Shown here piece after piece: positions 50,320-61,419 of a stretch of DNA of 64,000 nucleotides (its first letter is position 1; each line of letters opens with the position of its first letter). Under the pieces are notes generated by a model. That model was not told the origin of the DNA. It saw only the letters and a program-made list of their open reading frames with translations, and did no database searches. A program made the translations under genes and the position numbers. The stretch spans positions 19,975,366 through 20,039,365 of the forward strand of contig NC_068983.1 of NCBI RefSeq assembly GCF_001194135.2. The letters run 5' to 3'. This DNA comes from Octopus bimaculoides (taxonomy: Eukaryota).

Positions 50320-50373
50320 CAATAAATAACAATATGTAATATACATACATATATTTATATATATATATATACA

Positions 50374-50409
<36 letters not shown>

Positions 50410-50872
50410 TATACACACACACACATTCATACTTACATTCATACATATATAGTTATATACGCACATACATAAACACATACATACTTATAACACATATGTG
50501 CATCTTGTTTACCGCGTACATCTGTGTATGTATTGTCGTATATATAATATAAGCAACCCTTCAGTCGAACAGGTATACAGTGTCACCTCTTGCCGATATA
50601 TCTCCGTATACAGCCAAATCTCAGTCAGATGAAACGTCAGATTTAGTAGTGTTCATATTCAAAATTACAGTCGGTCATATGATAATAAATACCTTCAAAT
50701 TGAATTATATTTGGTGCGCAATTTAACCGGTTTACCATTAGCATATATTAGAACTAAAGAAGTTACAGATGAGACAAGACGTTGTCATCAAACTTGCTAG
50801 AAGTAGCAAGAAAATTTAGGAACCAAATTTAATAGTCTTAAGGAAGAAAACTTATTAGTTAATGCAGTTTAG

Positions 50873-50990
50873 GCGTTGCCGTGGCTGTGTGGTAAGGAGC
50901 TTACTTACGAACAACATGATTCCGTTTTCAGTCTCACCATTATCTTCTACACTAGGCGAGCCGACCAGAGATTTGTGAATGTGCATGAGT
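50873..50990 (+). mobile_element. SINE family C, degenerate head
   Basis: GGCGTTGCCGTGGCTGTGTGGTAAGGAGCTTACTTACGAACAACATGATTCCG...CCGACCAGAGATTTGTGAATG. Confidence 0.7.
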
Positions 50991-51384
50991 GAATATATGT
51001 ATGTATATATGTTCTCTTCTGCTTTTCACTATTTAAATTCTACGTCTCAGGACGGAGCTCGCTTCTAATAAAAATACAAAGCACCAACATTCGAATATAT
51101 ATAACAAAAGCAATGTCACATTTTAAATGTCTTACATACTTTTACTGTTCCACCTACGGTTTGTATGTGCAATGTGTGAGCTACTTACTTTCTTTTTTTT
51201 TTAAAGCTTAGTTTATGGAATTTGTCACATGCATTTACTCACAAAACCAAGAGCGCCTGTCTGAATGTGTGCATGTGTGTATGTATAAGTGTATGTATGC
51301 ATGAGGGTATGTACGCATGTACTCATGTACGTATGCATGTAGGTATGTATGTACGTATGTAGGGATGTATTTATGTATGTGTGC

Positions 51385-51598
51385 GTGTCTTTGTTTTTCC
51401 TTCACCATTTATTGACAACTGGTTCAGGTTTGGTAGTGTTTCCATAAACTAGCAGTTCGGCATAACAGACCGATACTACAAATAGCAGGTTTAAAAATAT
51501 AGGCAGAATGGGGGAAAGCAATTCGTTTGACGAAATCCCTTCGAGGCAGTGCTACAGTATGGCAACAGACGAATGACTGAGACAAGTACAAGATAAAG
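51385..51598 (+). mobile_element. SINE family C, tail
   Basis: TTGACAACTGG...AACTAGCAGTTCGGCATAACAGACCGATA...GGCAGTGCTACAGTATGGC...GACTGAGACAAGTA. Confidence 0.65.
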
Positions 51599-51611
51599 AT
51601 ATGTATAATAA

Positions 51612-51860
51612 TGGTTTCAAACTTTGGCACAAGGCCAGCAATTTCGGGGTTGGCGGGAATCGATTATATTGACTCCAGTACTGAACTGGTACTTATTTTA
51701 TCGACCCCCACGAGGTTTGAAAGGTAAAGTCAACCTCTGGTGGATTTTGAACTCAGAACGTAAAGACGAAGAAATGCCGCTATGCATTTTATCTAAAGAT
51801 GGAGGAAATGGTGCTAAGCATTTTAACCTGCATACTAACGTCTCTCCCAGCTCACCGCCT
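51612..51860 (-). mobile_element. SINE family A (alternative-tail subfamily)
   Basis: TTTGGCACAAGGCCAGCAATTTCGGGG...ACTGGTACTTATTTTATCGACCCC...TTTGAACTCAGAACGTAAAGACG...CCAGCTCACCGCC, with a short internal duplication in the head. Confidence 0.85.
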
Positions 51861-53020
51861 GTCAATGATTATAATAATACGATGTATTCCCGAATGAATG
51901 GAATTTTTTTCACCCCTGATCTTAATGCAACTAGACATGTGTTTCCACAGTGATAAAATCTGAAACGAAAGATTATAGTATTTAACAAAGAAAATTCGAA
52001 AAGTGTAAGGAAAAATTATACGATTTTTGTATTTCTTATTTGCTTACCCCTAGAAAGTATGAAAATGGCTAAAATTTCCTTCAGAATTTGCTTTTCTTGA
52101 ATTTAATCAGGCCCCAATGAATCCCTTTTAACACATGGCTATGATACTCCTCCACTACTCCTGCTCATGATCAGAGGTGCACATATTTTCAGCCCCTAAG
52201 GGACATGCTCAGGAGGTTATGGTCAGAAAACTGACAAACAATTCGGTGGTATAGAGCAGAGTTTTTGTTATAACAATATTTCTGCTTCAGCAACTCAGCG
52301 CTGCATCTGTCTGAAATATAATGGAAAATAGGTCAGTTTCAAAACCTTGATGTCCAGGTCATAAAAGCTTATTTTGAAGGGAATAGTTGTTATTTCCTTT
52401 GGTTTCTAGATAGAAGCAAATAGGAAATAATACTTACTGACCAAAGACAAAAATATATAAATTATATAAATAATAAATTATGTTTCACAGTGTAAAGTGC
52501 GTAGATGCGAGCCAAGGTAAATAACTTTTTATTACGATATACTGATACCCTTCATTCAGGGATTTTTGGTCATAGCTTCCCGATAATTTTGTCTGTCATA
52601 CACTTATTTTATTCTGTGTAGACAATCGCCACAGAGATATCAATTCCACATAAAATATAGTGGATTAGGCATAAATTTTATCCTGCTTCAGCAGCACTAA
52701 CTGGTTCATAGATTATTTTAGCAGATTAAATAGCTCTCTATTTTAAGTATTCAGTTTAGAATATCTGTTCACAATTTCATCACATTTGTCTTGCAAATGT
52801 TCACCTGCAGAAATCTAAGGTTAGAGTTTCAGCCAGATTTCTACGCTTATGGGCTTCTGTGCAACGGATTTAATCCTCGATTATACAGAGAGGGAGACAA
52901 GGGGGAATGCGAGATGGATATAAGATACATATACATTTACAAACATACAAAATATACGCATCAACACACACCTATATAGAAGTGTATCTGCCTTTAACCG
53001 TATGTGCGTGTATATCTATG

Positions 53021-53100
<80 letters not shown>

Positions 53101-53103
53101 CAT

Positions 53104-53198
53104 ATGGGAAAATTTACGAAAAAAACAACAGCAGACGAGGACAGGTGGTGTAAACAACAAAAGGATGCATCAGTTTAACGCTCGGGAATAGAGAAAGT
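53104..53198 (-). mobile_element. Repeat fragment homologous to 48575-48660 (rest in gap)
   Basis: The reverse complement aligns with 48575-48660. The segment that would hold the hammerhead-like motif falls in the N-gap from 53199. Confidence 0.6.
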
Positions 53199-53439
53199 NN
53201 NNNNNNNNNNNNNNNNNNNNNNNNNNNNNNNNNNNNNNNNNNNNNNNNNNNNNNNNNNNNNNNNNNNNNNNNNNNNNNNNNNNNNNNNNNNNNNNNNNNN
53301 NNNNNNNNNNNNNNNNNNNNNNNNNNNNNNNNNNNNNNNNNNNNNNNNNNNNNNNNNNNNNNNNNNNNNNNNNNNNNNNNNNNNNNNNNNNNNNNNNNNN
53401 NNNNNNNNNNNNNNNNNNNNNNNNATATATATATATATA

Positions 53440-53597
53440 CTAGTAGATGCACCCGGCGTTGCCCAGGAATGAAATTTTTTCCTTATATATTGGAAGAAAA
53501 ATGCAAAATATGTTGTATAGAAATATGTTATTCTAAATTCAATTTATTCTTCAATTGAGATACAATCTATTCTTTAATTGGGAAATCAATTCTGAAT

Positions 53598-53655
<58 letters not shown>

Positions 53656-54935
53656 AGGAGATAAATTCTGCCTCATATGTTGAAGGAAATTACGTAAGAG
53701 CTTCTGGGTAAACAACATTCTTTGTTTTCTGGTTTGGAGTATAGACAAATAAGTCTTGCAAACTACCTTCCTTGAAGCATCCAACATAGTTGACCATAAG
53801 AAAAGCAAGCCAGTAGATTTCAAAACTGCCCTTGAATTTTATTAATAGACAGTGCAACACAATGTCGCACTGGAAATTATGTTTATTTGAACTCATACGG
53901 CTTTCTGTTGGTTTGAGTGCAATTCTTGGAATGAGAGCCTCTTCCCCAGAGGCACATTCATTGATGATGGTAGTTTCTGTCACATTAGGTGGTAATATCT
54001 TCACAGTGAACCTTGTCCTATTGCATAATTTAGCAGAATCTAAATTTCTTAGAAGCATTATTGAGATTCCTACCTTCAGAAAAATTTTATGTGGAGGACT
54101 TCCAGGTGGCTCAAGAGAATTAAGGAACTCTGTTGTGTAATGGACAGCTTGATTTTCATCAAGGACTGAATCAACTAATTTGTACTTCTTAATGACTGTT
54201 GGAACATTATCCATTAAGTCTTGCTTAATCCTTGCTACTCTCTCATTTTTTGAAGCAAGAATTGCCCTTTCACACAACCATTTATGTGAATTATAATTAT
54301 TACTTAAGTCTGGAAATAGTCTGGTCTTCAATTCAACTGGGGAATTCAGCATGATAGCAATATGAGCTAAACTGATACCACCATTACCATCAAATGGTAC
54401 TTTCCCATTTCCGAACTGGAGGATCCGTCCCCATGTAATAAAGTTAGTATTGAAAGAGAATTTCAGTACTTTATTAAATAGGTGTGAAGACGTAATGCAT
54501 GCTTTTATTTCATCAGACCTTGTTCGTCTCGGAACGACTAGTAATGTCTGTCTGAAGTCTCCTGATAAAACTAATGTAACTCCTCCCATAGATTTATTGT
54601 TGCCGAGCTTCCATTGCACCTCTATGTGACATAGTGCGTTCATCCCAAATGATAAGATGGCATTGGCACAACACTTCTGCTGAACCTGAATCTTTGCTTA
54701 TGTTACAAATTGGACTGTCATTTGTGATCATGTTCAGTGGTAATTTAAAAACAGAATGAGCTGTTCGTCCACCTGAGAGAATGGTGACAACAAAGCCAGA
54801 GAATCGTACAGCAACTGCAATTCATTTTTTGTTAGGCTACCTTGGAAAGAAGCAATGTTACAAATGTTTCACCTGTGCCACCAGGAGCACCAAGAAAGAA
54901 AACACCTCTGCTTCTTTTCTGGCGATTGTGGAACA
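53440..54935 (-). mobile_element. Decayed Helitron: PIF1-family helicase region plus intact-looking 3' terminus
   Basis: Motifs FFLGAPGGTGETF (Walker A, K>E), GGRTAHSVFKLPL, IIWDERTMSH, MGGVTLVLSGDFRQTL, LCERAILASKN, YTTEFLNSLEPPGSPPH...LKVG..IMLLRNL...LCN.TR, FPVR..LSINK.QGQ, with stops and frameshifts. The 3' end is CCTGGGCAACGCCGGG hairpin-TGCATCTA-CTAG|T (CTAG at 53440-53443). Confidence 0.93.
53598..53654. repeat. (GAT)n microsatellite in the Helitron 3' UTR
   Basis: Perfect trinucleotide run. Confidence 0.95.
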
Positions 54936-55064
54936 CCGAACACACACACGCACACACACACACACACACCCGCACACACACACACACACACACACAGATA
55001 CATATACATATAATATCAAACATCAGATGAAATAGACGTGTGTGTGTGAGGGAGAGAGAGAGAA

Positions 55065-55095
<31 letters not shown>

Positions 55096-55098
<3 letters not shown>

Positions 55099-55334
55099 TG
55101 AAGGGATGTGTTGTCATGTATACGTACATACAACATACATAAATAGGCGTACATCTTTCTTGTATGTGTGCGTGTGTGTGTGCATGAGACAGAGAAAGAG
55201 AGAGTGCCACTTAGCCATCACTCTATCTCGCTCTCTCTTTCTCTCTCTCACACACACACACATATACACAGAAAAAAGCTGTATGCATATGTATTTATGT
55301 ATGTACGTATATATGACAACACATCCCTTCACTC
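55096..55334. repeat. Long fold-back (~110 bp arms, ~16-25 bp loop)
   Basis: GAGTGAAGGGATGTGTTGTCATGTATACGTACATAC... pairs with ...GTATGTACGTATATATGACAACACATCCCTTCACTC. The arms include mirrored (TG)n/(GA)n tracts. Confidence 0.88.
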
Positions 55335-56314
55335 ACACGCACACAGACACACAGACACAGACACACACACACACGCACACACACACACACATACATAAAT
55401 GTATACAAACGTACATGCAAAAACACACGAGTAGGTGTGTGACTGACAACAATAAATACATAGAACTGAACACGGTGTGCAAAAAGAAAATAGATAAAAG
55501 ATTTTTACGGAAATTAATGAAGTGTGCGAGTTCCAAACGAAATTAATATGGGCGCGTGGGCGCGCGTGTGTGTGACAGAGAGAGAGAGAGAGAGAGAGAG
55601 AACATTGCAAACAAGAAATGAGTTAAACATTGAATGAAAAAATCGTATAAGCAAAGGCACGTTAAAAAGTATCTTTGTACCGAATATTTAAATTTGTGAA
55701 CTTCGTAAATATTTCTTTCAGTAATTTATCGTAGTTGTTTACAAATAGCGAACATTAAAATAGAGACTGAGAGACTTCACCGTTTTTATGTCAATACCGG
55801 AAGTTGACATTGAGAAACCTTTTTAAAGAAGTGAATCATAAATATAAAACAACTTTTTTTGGTTTTATTTTTGATAAAAAAAAAGATGAAATGAAAACCC
55901 TATCATGTGCCCGAGATCAAATTATTCATGCGTCACAAGTATGGAAGTAATTGGTGAAGCCGTTTTCACCCGAAAAGTGAATACACACACATCTATATTT
56001 TATATATTAGATTACAACATATCTATATCTATTTTACATGGTAATATAGATATGGATGATTAGGAAATTCTATCACCGTAGTTTTAATCGTTTCCCTTCT
56101 ATTCTTTCATATGTTGCTTTCTATATTATTTTAATTTTCTCGTATGTAGAGTGAGTAAATATTTTAAGAAAAATTTTTAAAAAATGAGATAATTGCGGTA
56201 TTCGCAAATATCTTTTGAGAATGCGCGTTATTACCACTGTATACAATCACAGATTGTATTGTTTGAACTTGTATGTATGGCAATTTTGTCCCTATTTTCA
56301 ACGTAATATCGGTT

Positions 56315-56520
56315 TTAACTCTTAGCACAAGCCCATCAATTTCGGCAGAGTTTTAACTCGATTACATTGACGCCAGTGTACAAAAGATACTGATTTTATC
56401 GACCCCAAAATGATGGAGGTAAAATCGACATCAGCGGAATTTGTACTCAGAACAAAAAGACGGACGAAATACTGCTAAAAAGTTTGCCTCTCGTGCTAAC
56501 ACTTCTGCCTAGTCGCTACC
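56315..56520 (-). mobile_element. SINE family A, diverged
   Basis: TCGATTACATTGACGCCAG...TTTTATCGACCCC...GGAATTTGTACTCAGAAC...GACGAAATACTGCTAA...GTGCTAAC. Confidence 0.75.
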
Positions 56521-56785
56521 GTTATTTCCAAAGGAATAATATCACATGATGTATTTTAAATCATCGTATAACATATCACTTACATAATTTAGCTTGTTTC
56601 TATTTCCTTAAGTTGTAGAGCAAAGTTTTTCAGTATACCATTCCCTTGGCACACAGGCCACCTCTGTAGCACCACAACCCAATAAACACATACGAAAATA
56701 CTATTCGTTCTACTGGAAATTCAAAACAACAATACAAATATATCTTAACCTACTTTTGACTATGTTGTTTCTACATTTTTAACTC

Positions 56786-56955
56786 GGAGTGGCTGTGTGG
56801 TAAGTAGCATGCTTACGAACCACATGGTTCCGGGTTTAGTTAGTTCCACTGCGTGACGCCTTGGGCAAGTGTCTTCTACTATAGCCTCGGGCCAACCAAA
56901 GCCTTGTGAGTGGATTTGGTAGACGGAAACTGAAAGAAGCCCGTCGTATATATAA

Positions 56956-57000
<45 letters not shown>

Positions 57001-57207
57001 TGTGTGTGTGTGTGTGTGTGCGTGTGTGTTTGTCCCCCCAACATCGATTGACAACCGATGCTGGTGTGTTTACGTCTCCGTAACTTAGCGGTTCGACAAA
57101 AGAAACCGATAGAACAAGTACTAGGCTTACAAAAGTCCTGGGGTCGATTTTCTCGACTAAAGGTGGTGCTCCAGCATGGACACAGTCAAAATTACTGAAA
57201 CAATTAA
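56786..57207 (+). mobile_element. SINE family C, best-preserved copy
   Basis: GGAGTGGCTGTGTGGTAAG...GGTTCCGGGTT...CCTTGGGCAAGTGTCTTCTACTATAGCC...GAAGCCCGTCG-(TA)(TG)n-TTTGTCCCCC...CCTGGGGTCGATTTTCTCGACT...CTGAAACAATTAAAAG. Confidence 0.92.
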
Positions 57208-57272
57208 AAGGGTAACAGAGTAATGATTACTTGTAATCTTCCATCGATTTCGATTATGGTTTTCACTTATAG

Positions 57273-57476
57273 ATTCTCTGATGGCTGTACATTTTAAAGA
57301 GAAACAGAAACCACTATACAGCCGCGTAGTTGACCGGGCAGGCATCGTCTATGCAACATCTATTGCATATTCTGATCAAGGACTTGGTGGCATTCCGACG
57401 TCGCAGACATATGGGCCACATATACCGAATCAACGATCATTTCTGGGATCCAAGAATCCCGATTCACATTTCAGAA
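57273..57476 (+). CDS. Candidate 204 nt phase 1-1 exon (or terminal exon ending at TAG 57481)
   Basis: Acceptor TTTTCACTTATAG|, donor AA|GTTAGC, and an open frame SLMAVHFKEKQKPLYSRVVDRAGIVYATSIAYSDQGLGGIPTSQTYGPHIPNQRSFLGSKNPDSHFR. GC is higher than in the flanks. Confidence 0.35.
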
Positions 57477-57869
57477 GTTAGCTGTTCATAACTTGATATA
57501 ATGGCCTTGCCCATGCGCATTTCTCAGTACGTCTATCATCGCTGCAAAGGAGATAAATGGAATGGCAAGGGTGTTCCAAGATTGCTGATATCTTCTCGCT
57601 GCAGGTTGTCGGAAATCATATCCGTGGGGAACCGCTTTAAATTATACCGTCTCAACTTGTTTATTAATTGTTGTTTCATATGTTATACATCCCTAAATTT
57701 TGTCTTTCTGGACTCACAAATAAGCCAATTAGGCAGTGCAGATAACTGGCTCCCAGAAAATTAAGGAGCTCTAATATGTTTTTTTTGTTCGACAAATGTG
57801 CTGGCACGAACTGTTACATCATTACATCACTCCTCAAGTATGTTACAACACGGTCGTTCATTTTCTCGA

Positions 57870-58610
57870 TATCAACAACAAAAACAATGACTTCAAGTTT
57901 AATAACCAAATCATGACATCAAGGAGTAGAAAAAAAAAAACATTTACAGCAGCCCTAATAACTGCAAGGACAACACAAACAATGACGTCATTGAAAAACA
58001 ATATGAAAGAAAAACAAGCTCACATGACGGAAAACATTTTATTTTAAATCAAAGACATCAAAAGCAATAATGAAAACAATAAACAAAAACAGCCACAAGG
58101 ACAGCAACAAGAAAACCGAAAGCAACAAGGAATATAACAAGTCACAAGAGCTAGCAGCACAATAAGAATAAGAACCAAAAAACAATTGTAATAAGAACCA
58201 AAGAGAAAATTAACGACAAAACATCGACCGAAGCAATAAAAATACAATAACATCAACGGGTCTGTCAAAAGGAAAATAATACAAGAAGAAGAAATTAGCA
58301 AATATAATGATGTTGGTGATTAATAGTGAACCCTAAAGTCACCAGAATATAACAGCAGGACTACAAAAGCTTCTTCAACATCCACAACAACATTAACGTA
58401 GAATTAGCAACCATCACCAGGACAATTAATAGACAAACGATTATGAAGGAGAATGAGGTTGGAAAAAAAAAACTACAACGACGATGAGTACCAACACTAC
58501 CACCAGTAGAACCGACAACACCACAGCTACTGCCACCACCACTACTAACACTACCACCACCATCACTACCACGACGACGACGACGACGACCAACACCACC
58601 ACCACCGGCA
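57870..58610. repeat. Cryptic (AAC/ACC/ACG)n low-complexity tract
   Basis: A/C-rich degenerate trinucleotide sequence ending in (ACG)n/(ACC)n. Confidence 0.75.
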
Positions 58611-58632
58611 GAACAATAATATTATTTTCTAC

Positions 58633-58836
58633 TCTCGGCACAAGGCCTGAAATTTTGGGGGAGGGCTAGTCGATTAGATCGACCCCAGTACGCAAGTGGT
58701 ACTTAATTTATCGACTCCGAAAGGACAAAAGGCAAAGTCGACCTCGGCAGAATTTGAACTCAAAACGTAAAGATTGACGAAATACCGCTAAGCATTTCGC
58801 CCGGCATGCTAACGTTTCTACCAGCTCGCCGCCTTA
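58633..58836 (-). mobile_element. SINE family A (alternative-tail subfamily), full length
   Basis: GGCACAAGGCCTGAAATTTTGGGGGAGGG...AAGGCAAAGTCGACCTCGGCAGAATTTGAACTC...CCAGCTCGCCGCCTTA. Confidence 0.92.
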
Positions 58837-59067
58837 AGAACAATATTATTTGCTCGATCTGAGAAGACCACTTTTTATCCTGGGTTTCTTCTAGCTATAT
58901 CGAGTTGTTACAAGAATTTGGGACGGATGACTAGATTTAGAATATCTTTCTCCTTGACTTCGACTACACAAGAGGTCACTGTAAAGGGACATCGAAAATG
59001 GTTCAGAAAAAAAAGGGCATATTTACAAATCTACGTGGTGAGGGTTATGAATATTAATAAGTTCTTA

Positions 59068-59285
59068 AAGGCAATGAACTGGCAGAATCTTTAGTAAGCC
59101 GATCAAAATGCTTAGTGGCATTCCGTCCGTCTTTACCTTCTGAGTTCAAATTCTGCTTAGGTTGGCTTTGCCTTTCATCCCTTTGGGATAGATAAAATAA
59201 GTACCAGTTGCTGGGGTCGATGTAATCGACTTGTTCCCTTCCTCGAAATTACTAGCCTTGTGCCAACATTTGAAACCAGTATTAA
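59068..59285 (+). mobile_element. SINE family A (alternative-tail subfamily)
   Basis: AAGGCAATGAACTGGCAGAATC...TTCTGAGTTCAAATTC...GCCTTTCATCC...CTAGCCTTGTGCCAACATTTGAAACC. Confidence 0.88.
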
Positions 59286-59299
59286 TGCATTATCGTGAG

Positions 59300-59482
59300 T
59301 CCACCGGGCAAAATGCTTAGGAGCATTTCGTCCAACTTCACGTTCTGAGTTCAAATCCCACTGAGGTTAACTTTGCCTTTCAGTGTCTATAAAATGAGTA
59401 CCAGGTGAACACTAGGGTCGATGTAATCGACTTAACCCCAAGCCCGAAATTGTTGGCATTGTGTCAAAGTTTGAAACTAATA
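59300..59482 (+). mobile_element. SINE family A, second tandem unit lacking the first ~25 nt
   Basis: CCGGGCAAAATGCTTAGG...GTTCTGAGTTCAAATCC...GGGTCGATGTAATCGACTTA...TTTGAAACTAATA. Confidence 0.82.
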
Positions 59483-59661
59483 CTAATGGATGAAGTACAT
59501 ACGTTAATAGATGAAGTACAAATCAAAATATTGTACTTGTTGTGATTGTAATGTGTATCAACTATTTTCAGATCGCATGTTGTTACCCAACTGTGCTTGA
59601 TGGACTTACCTAAAAGGACTTAGTTAAAATGCAGAAAGTTTAAAATATAATGCAAAATTGG

Positions 59662-59745
59662 TCTCAACTTTTAGTACAAGGCCAGCAATTTCGCGGGAGT
59701 GGGTAAGTCGATTACATCGACCCCAATGCTCAACTGGTACTTATG
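59662..59745 (-). mobile_element. SINE family A, 3' tail fragment
   Basis: TACAAGGCCAGCAATTTCGCGGGAGTGGGTAAGTCGATTACATCGACCCCAATGCTCAACTGGTACTTA. Confidence 0.85.
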
Positions 59746-60482
59746 TATAGTTGAGTGAGAGAGCAGTCTTCCATCAAAGTGACACTGGGGTAAAATATAC
59801 GAAGCCTAATATACCCATCTTGATTACCCATCTGATAAGGGTGCACCAGGCACATGCATCACAACCATGTGTGCACAACATGGTGATCTCATATCAAGAT
59901 AAACAGCGCATGACCTTATATATGTATACATATGTATGTATGTATGTATGTATGTATCGGTTGTTCCACGTGACTGTTACTCTTTGGTTTCCTCGATGTC
60001 CAATCAGTTCCTTGGACAATATTATTGTTCGTTGAAATAATTGGACATCGGAGATACATCAGAATATCCTCAAATAAATTAGCAATAAAAACATTATTAT
60101 AATTCACCGTGTATTGCGTAGCTTTTTCTCCTCTACGTTAGGCCGCTCAACCTTATAACATCTCTTGCACATATATTACATGCAGTCATAGTTACATACC
60201 ACGTATCTTGAAGAACTTCACATTCTTGCTATGCAAAAAAGAAAAAAATCAAGTGGAATACACACTGTATAACCAAAACAAAGCGTATTTTCTATTAGAA
60301 AAACATAAAGCAACAAGAATCAAGATAAAGCAATACAAAAAAAGCAAGAAAATGTAATTCAAAATTCTTGCATTATTATGCGTGTGTGAGGCAAGGTGCT
60401 TCAGTCAATTTTCTCAGCATATTAGCTATTCCTACTTTCTCGTTATTTATTACACCTTCTTTCTTTCCCGATATATATGTAC

Positions 60483-60534
<52 letters not shown>

Positions 60535-61387
60535 NNNNNNNNNNNNNNNNNNNNNNNNNNNNNNNNNNNNNNNNNNNNNNNNNNNNNNNNNNNNNNNNNN
60601 NNNNNNNNNNNNNNNNNNNNNNNNNNNNNNNNNNNNNNNNNNNNNNNNNNNNNNNNNNNNNNNNNNNNNNNNNNNNNNNNNNNNNNNNNNNNNNNNNNNN
60701 NNNNNNNNNNNNNNNNNNNNNNNNNNNNNNNNNNNNNNNNNNNNNNNNNNNNNNNNNNNNNNNNNNNNNNNNNNNNNNNNNNNNNNNNNNNNNNNNNNNN
60801 NNNNNNNNNNNNNNNNNNNNNNNNNNNNNNNNNNNNNNNNNNNNNNNNNNNNNNNNNNNNNNNNNNNNNNNNNNNNNNNNNNNNNNNNNNNNNNNNNNNN
60901 NNNNNNNNNNNNNNNNNNNNNNNNNNNNNNNNNNNNNNNNNNNNNNNNNNNNNNNNNNNNNNNNNNNNNNNNNNNNNNNNNNNNNNNNNNNNNNNNNNNN
61001 NNNNNNNNNNNNNNNNNNNNNNNNNNNNNNNNNNNNNNNNNNNNNNNNNNNNNNNNNNNNNNNNNNNNNNNNNNNNNNNNNNNNNNNNNNNNNNNNNNNN
61101 NNNNNNNNNNNNNNNNNNNNNNNNNNNNNNNNNNNNNNNNNNNNNNNNNNNNNNNNNNNNNNNNNNNNNNNNNNNNNNNNNNNNNNNNNNNNNNNNNNNN
61201 NNNNNNNNNNNNNNNNNNNNNNNNNNNNNNNNNNNNNNNNNNNNNNNNNNNNNNNNNNNNNNNNNNNNNNNNNNNNNNNNNNNNNNNNNNNNNNNNNNNN
61301 NNNNNNNNNNNNNNNNNNNNNNNNNNNNNNNNNNNNNNNNNNNTATGCATGTATGTATGTCCGCGTACATGTGTCTGAGTGTTTGTG

Positions 61388-61419
<32 letters not shown>

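Noticed and set aside
9616-52979. Other AG...GT-bounded open segments (e.g. 9616-9725, 38788-38873, 41949-41984, 49779-49797, 52818 onward)
   Set aside because: They are short, with weak sites or no recognisable protein, and are expected by chance in AT-rich DNA without transcript evidence.
57310-57375. Resemblance of DRAGIVYATSI to the STING lid (DRAGIKDRVYSNSIY)
   Set aside because: It lacks the K-D-R residues including the ligand-binding Arg, and there is no downstream EYATP motif. Probably coincidental.
58441-58669. Poly-Val and poly-Thr ORFs
   Set aside because: Translations of the (ACC/ACG/ACT)n low-complexity tract.
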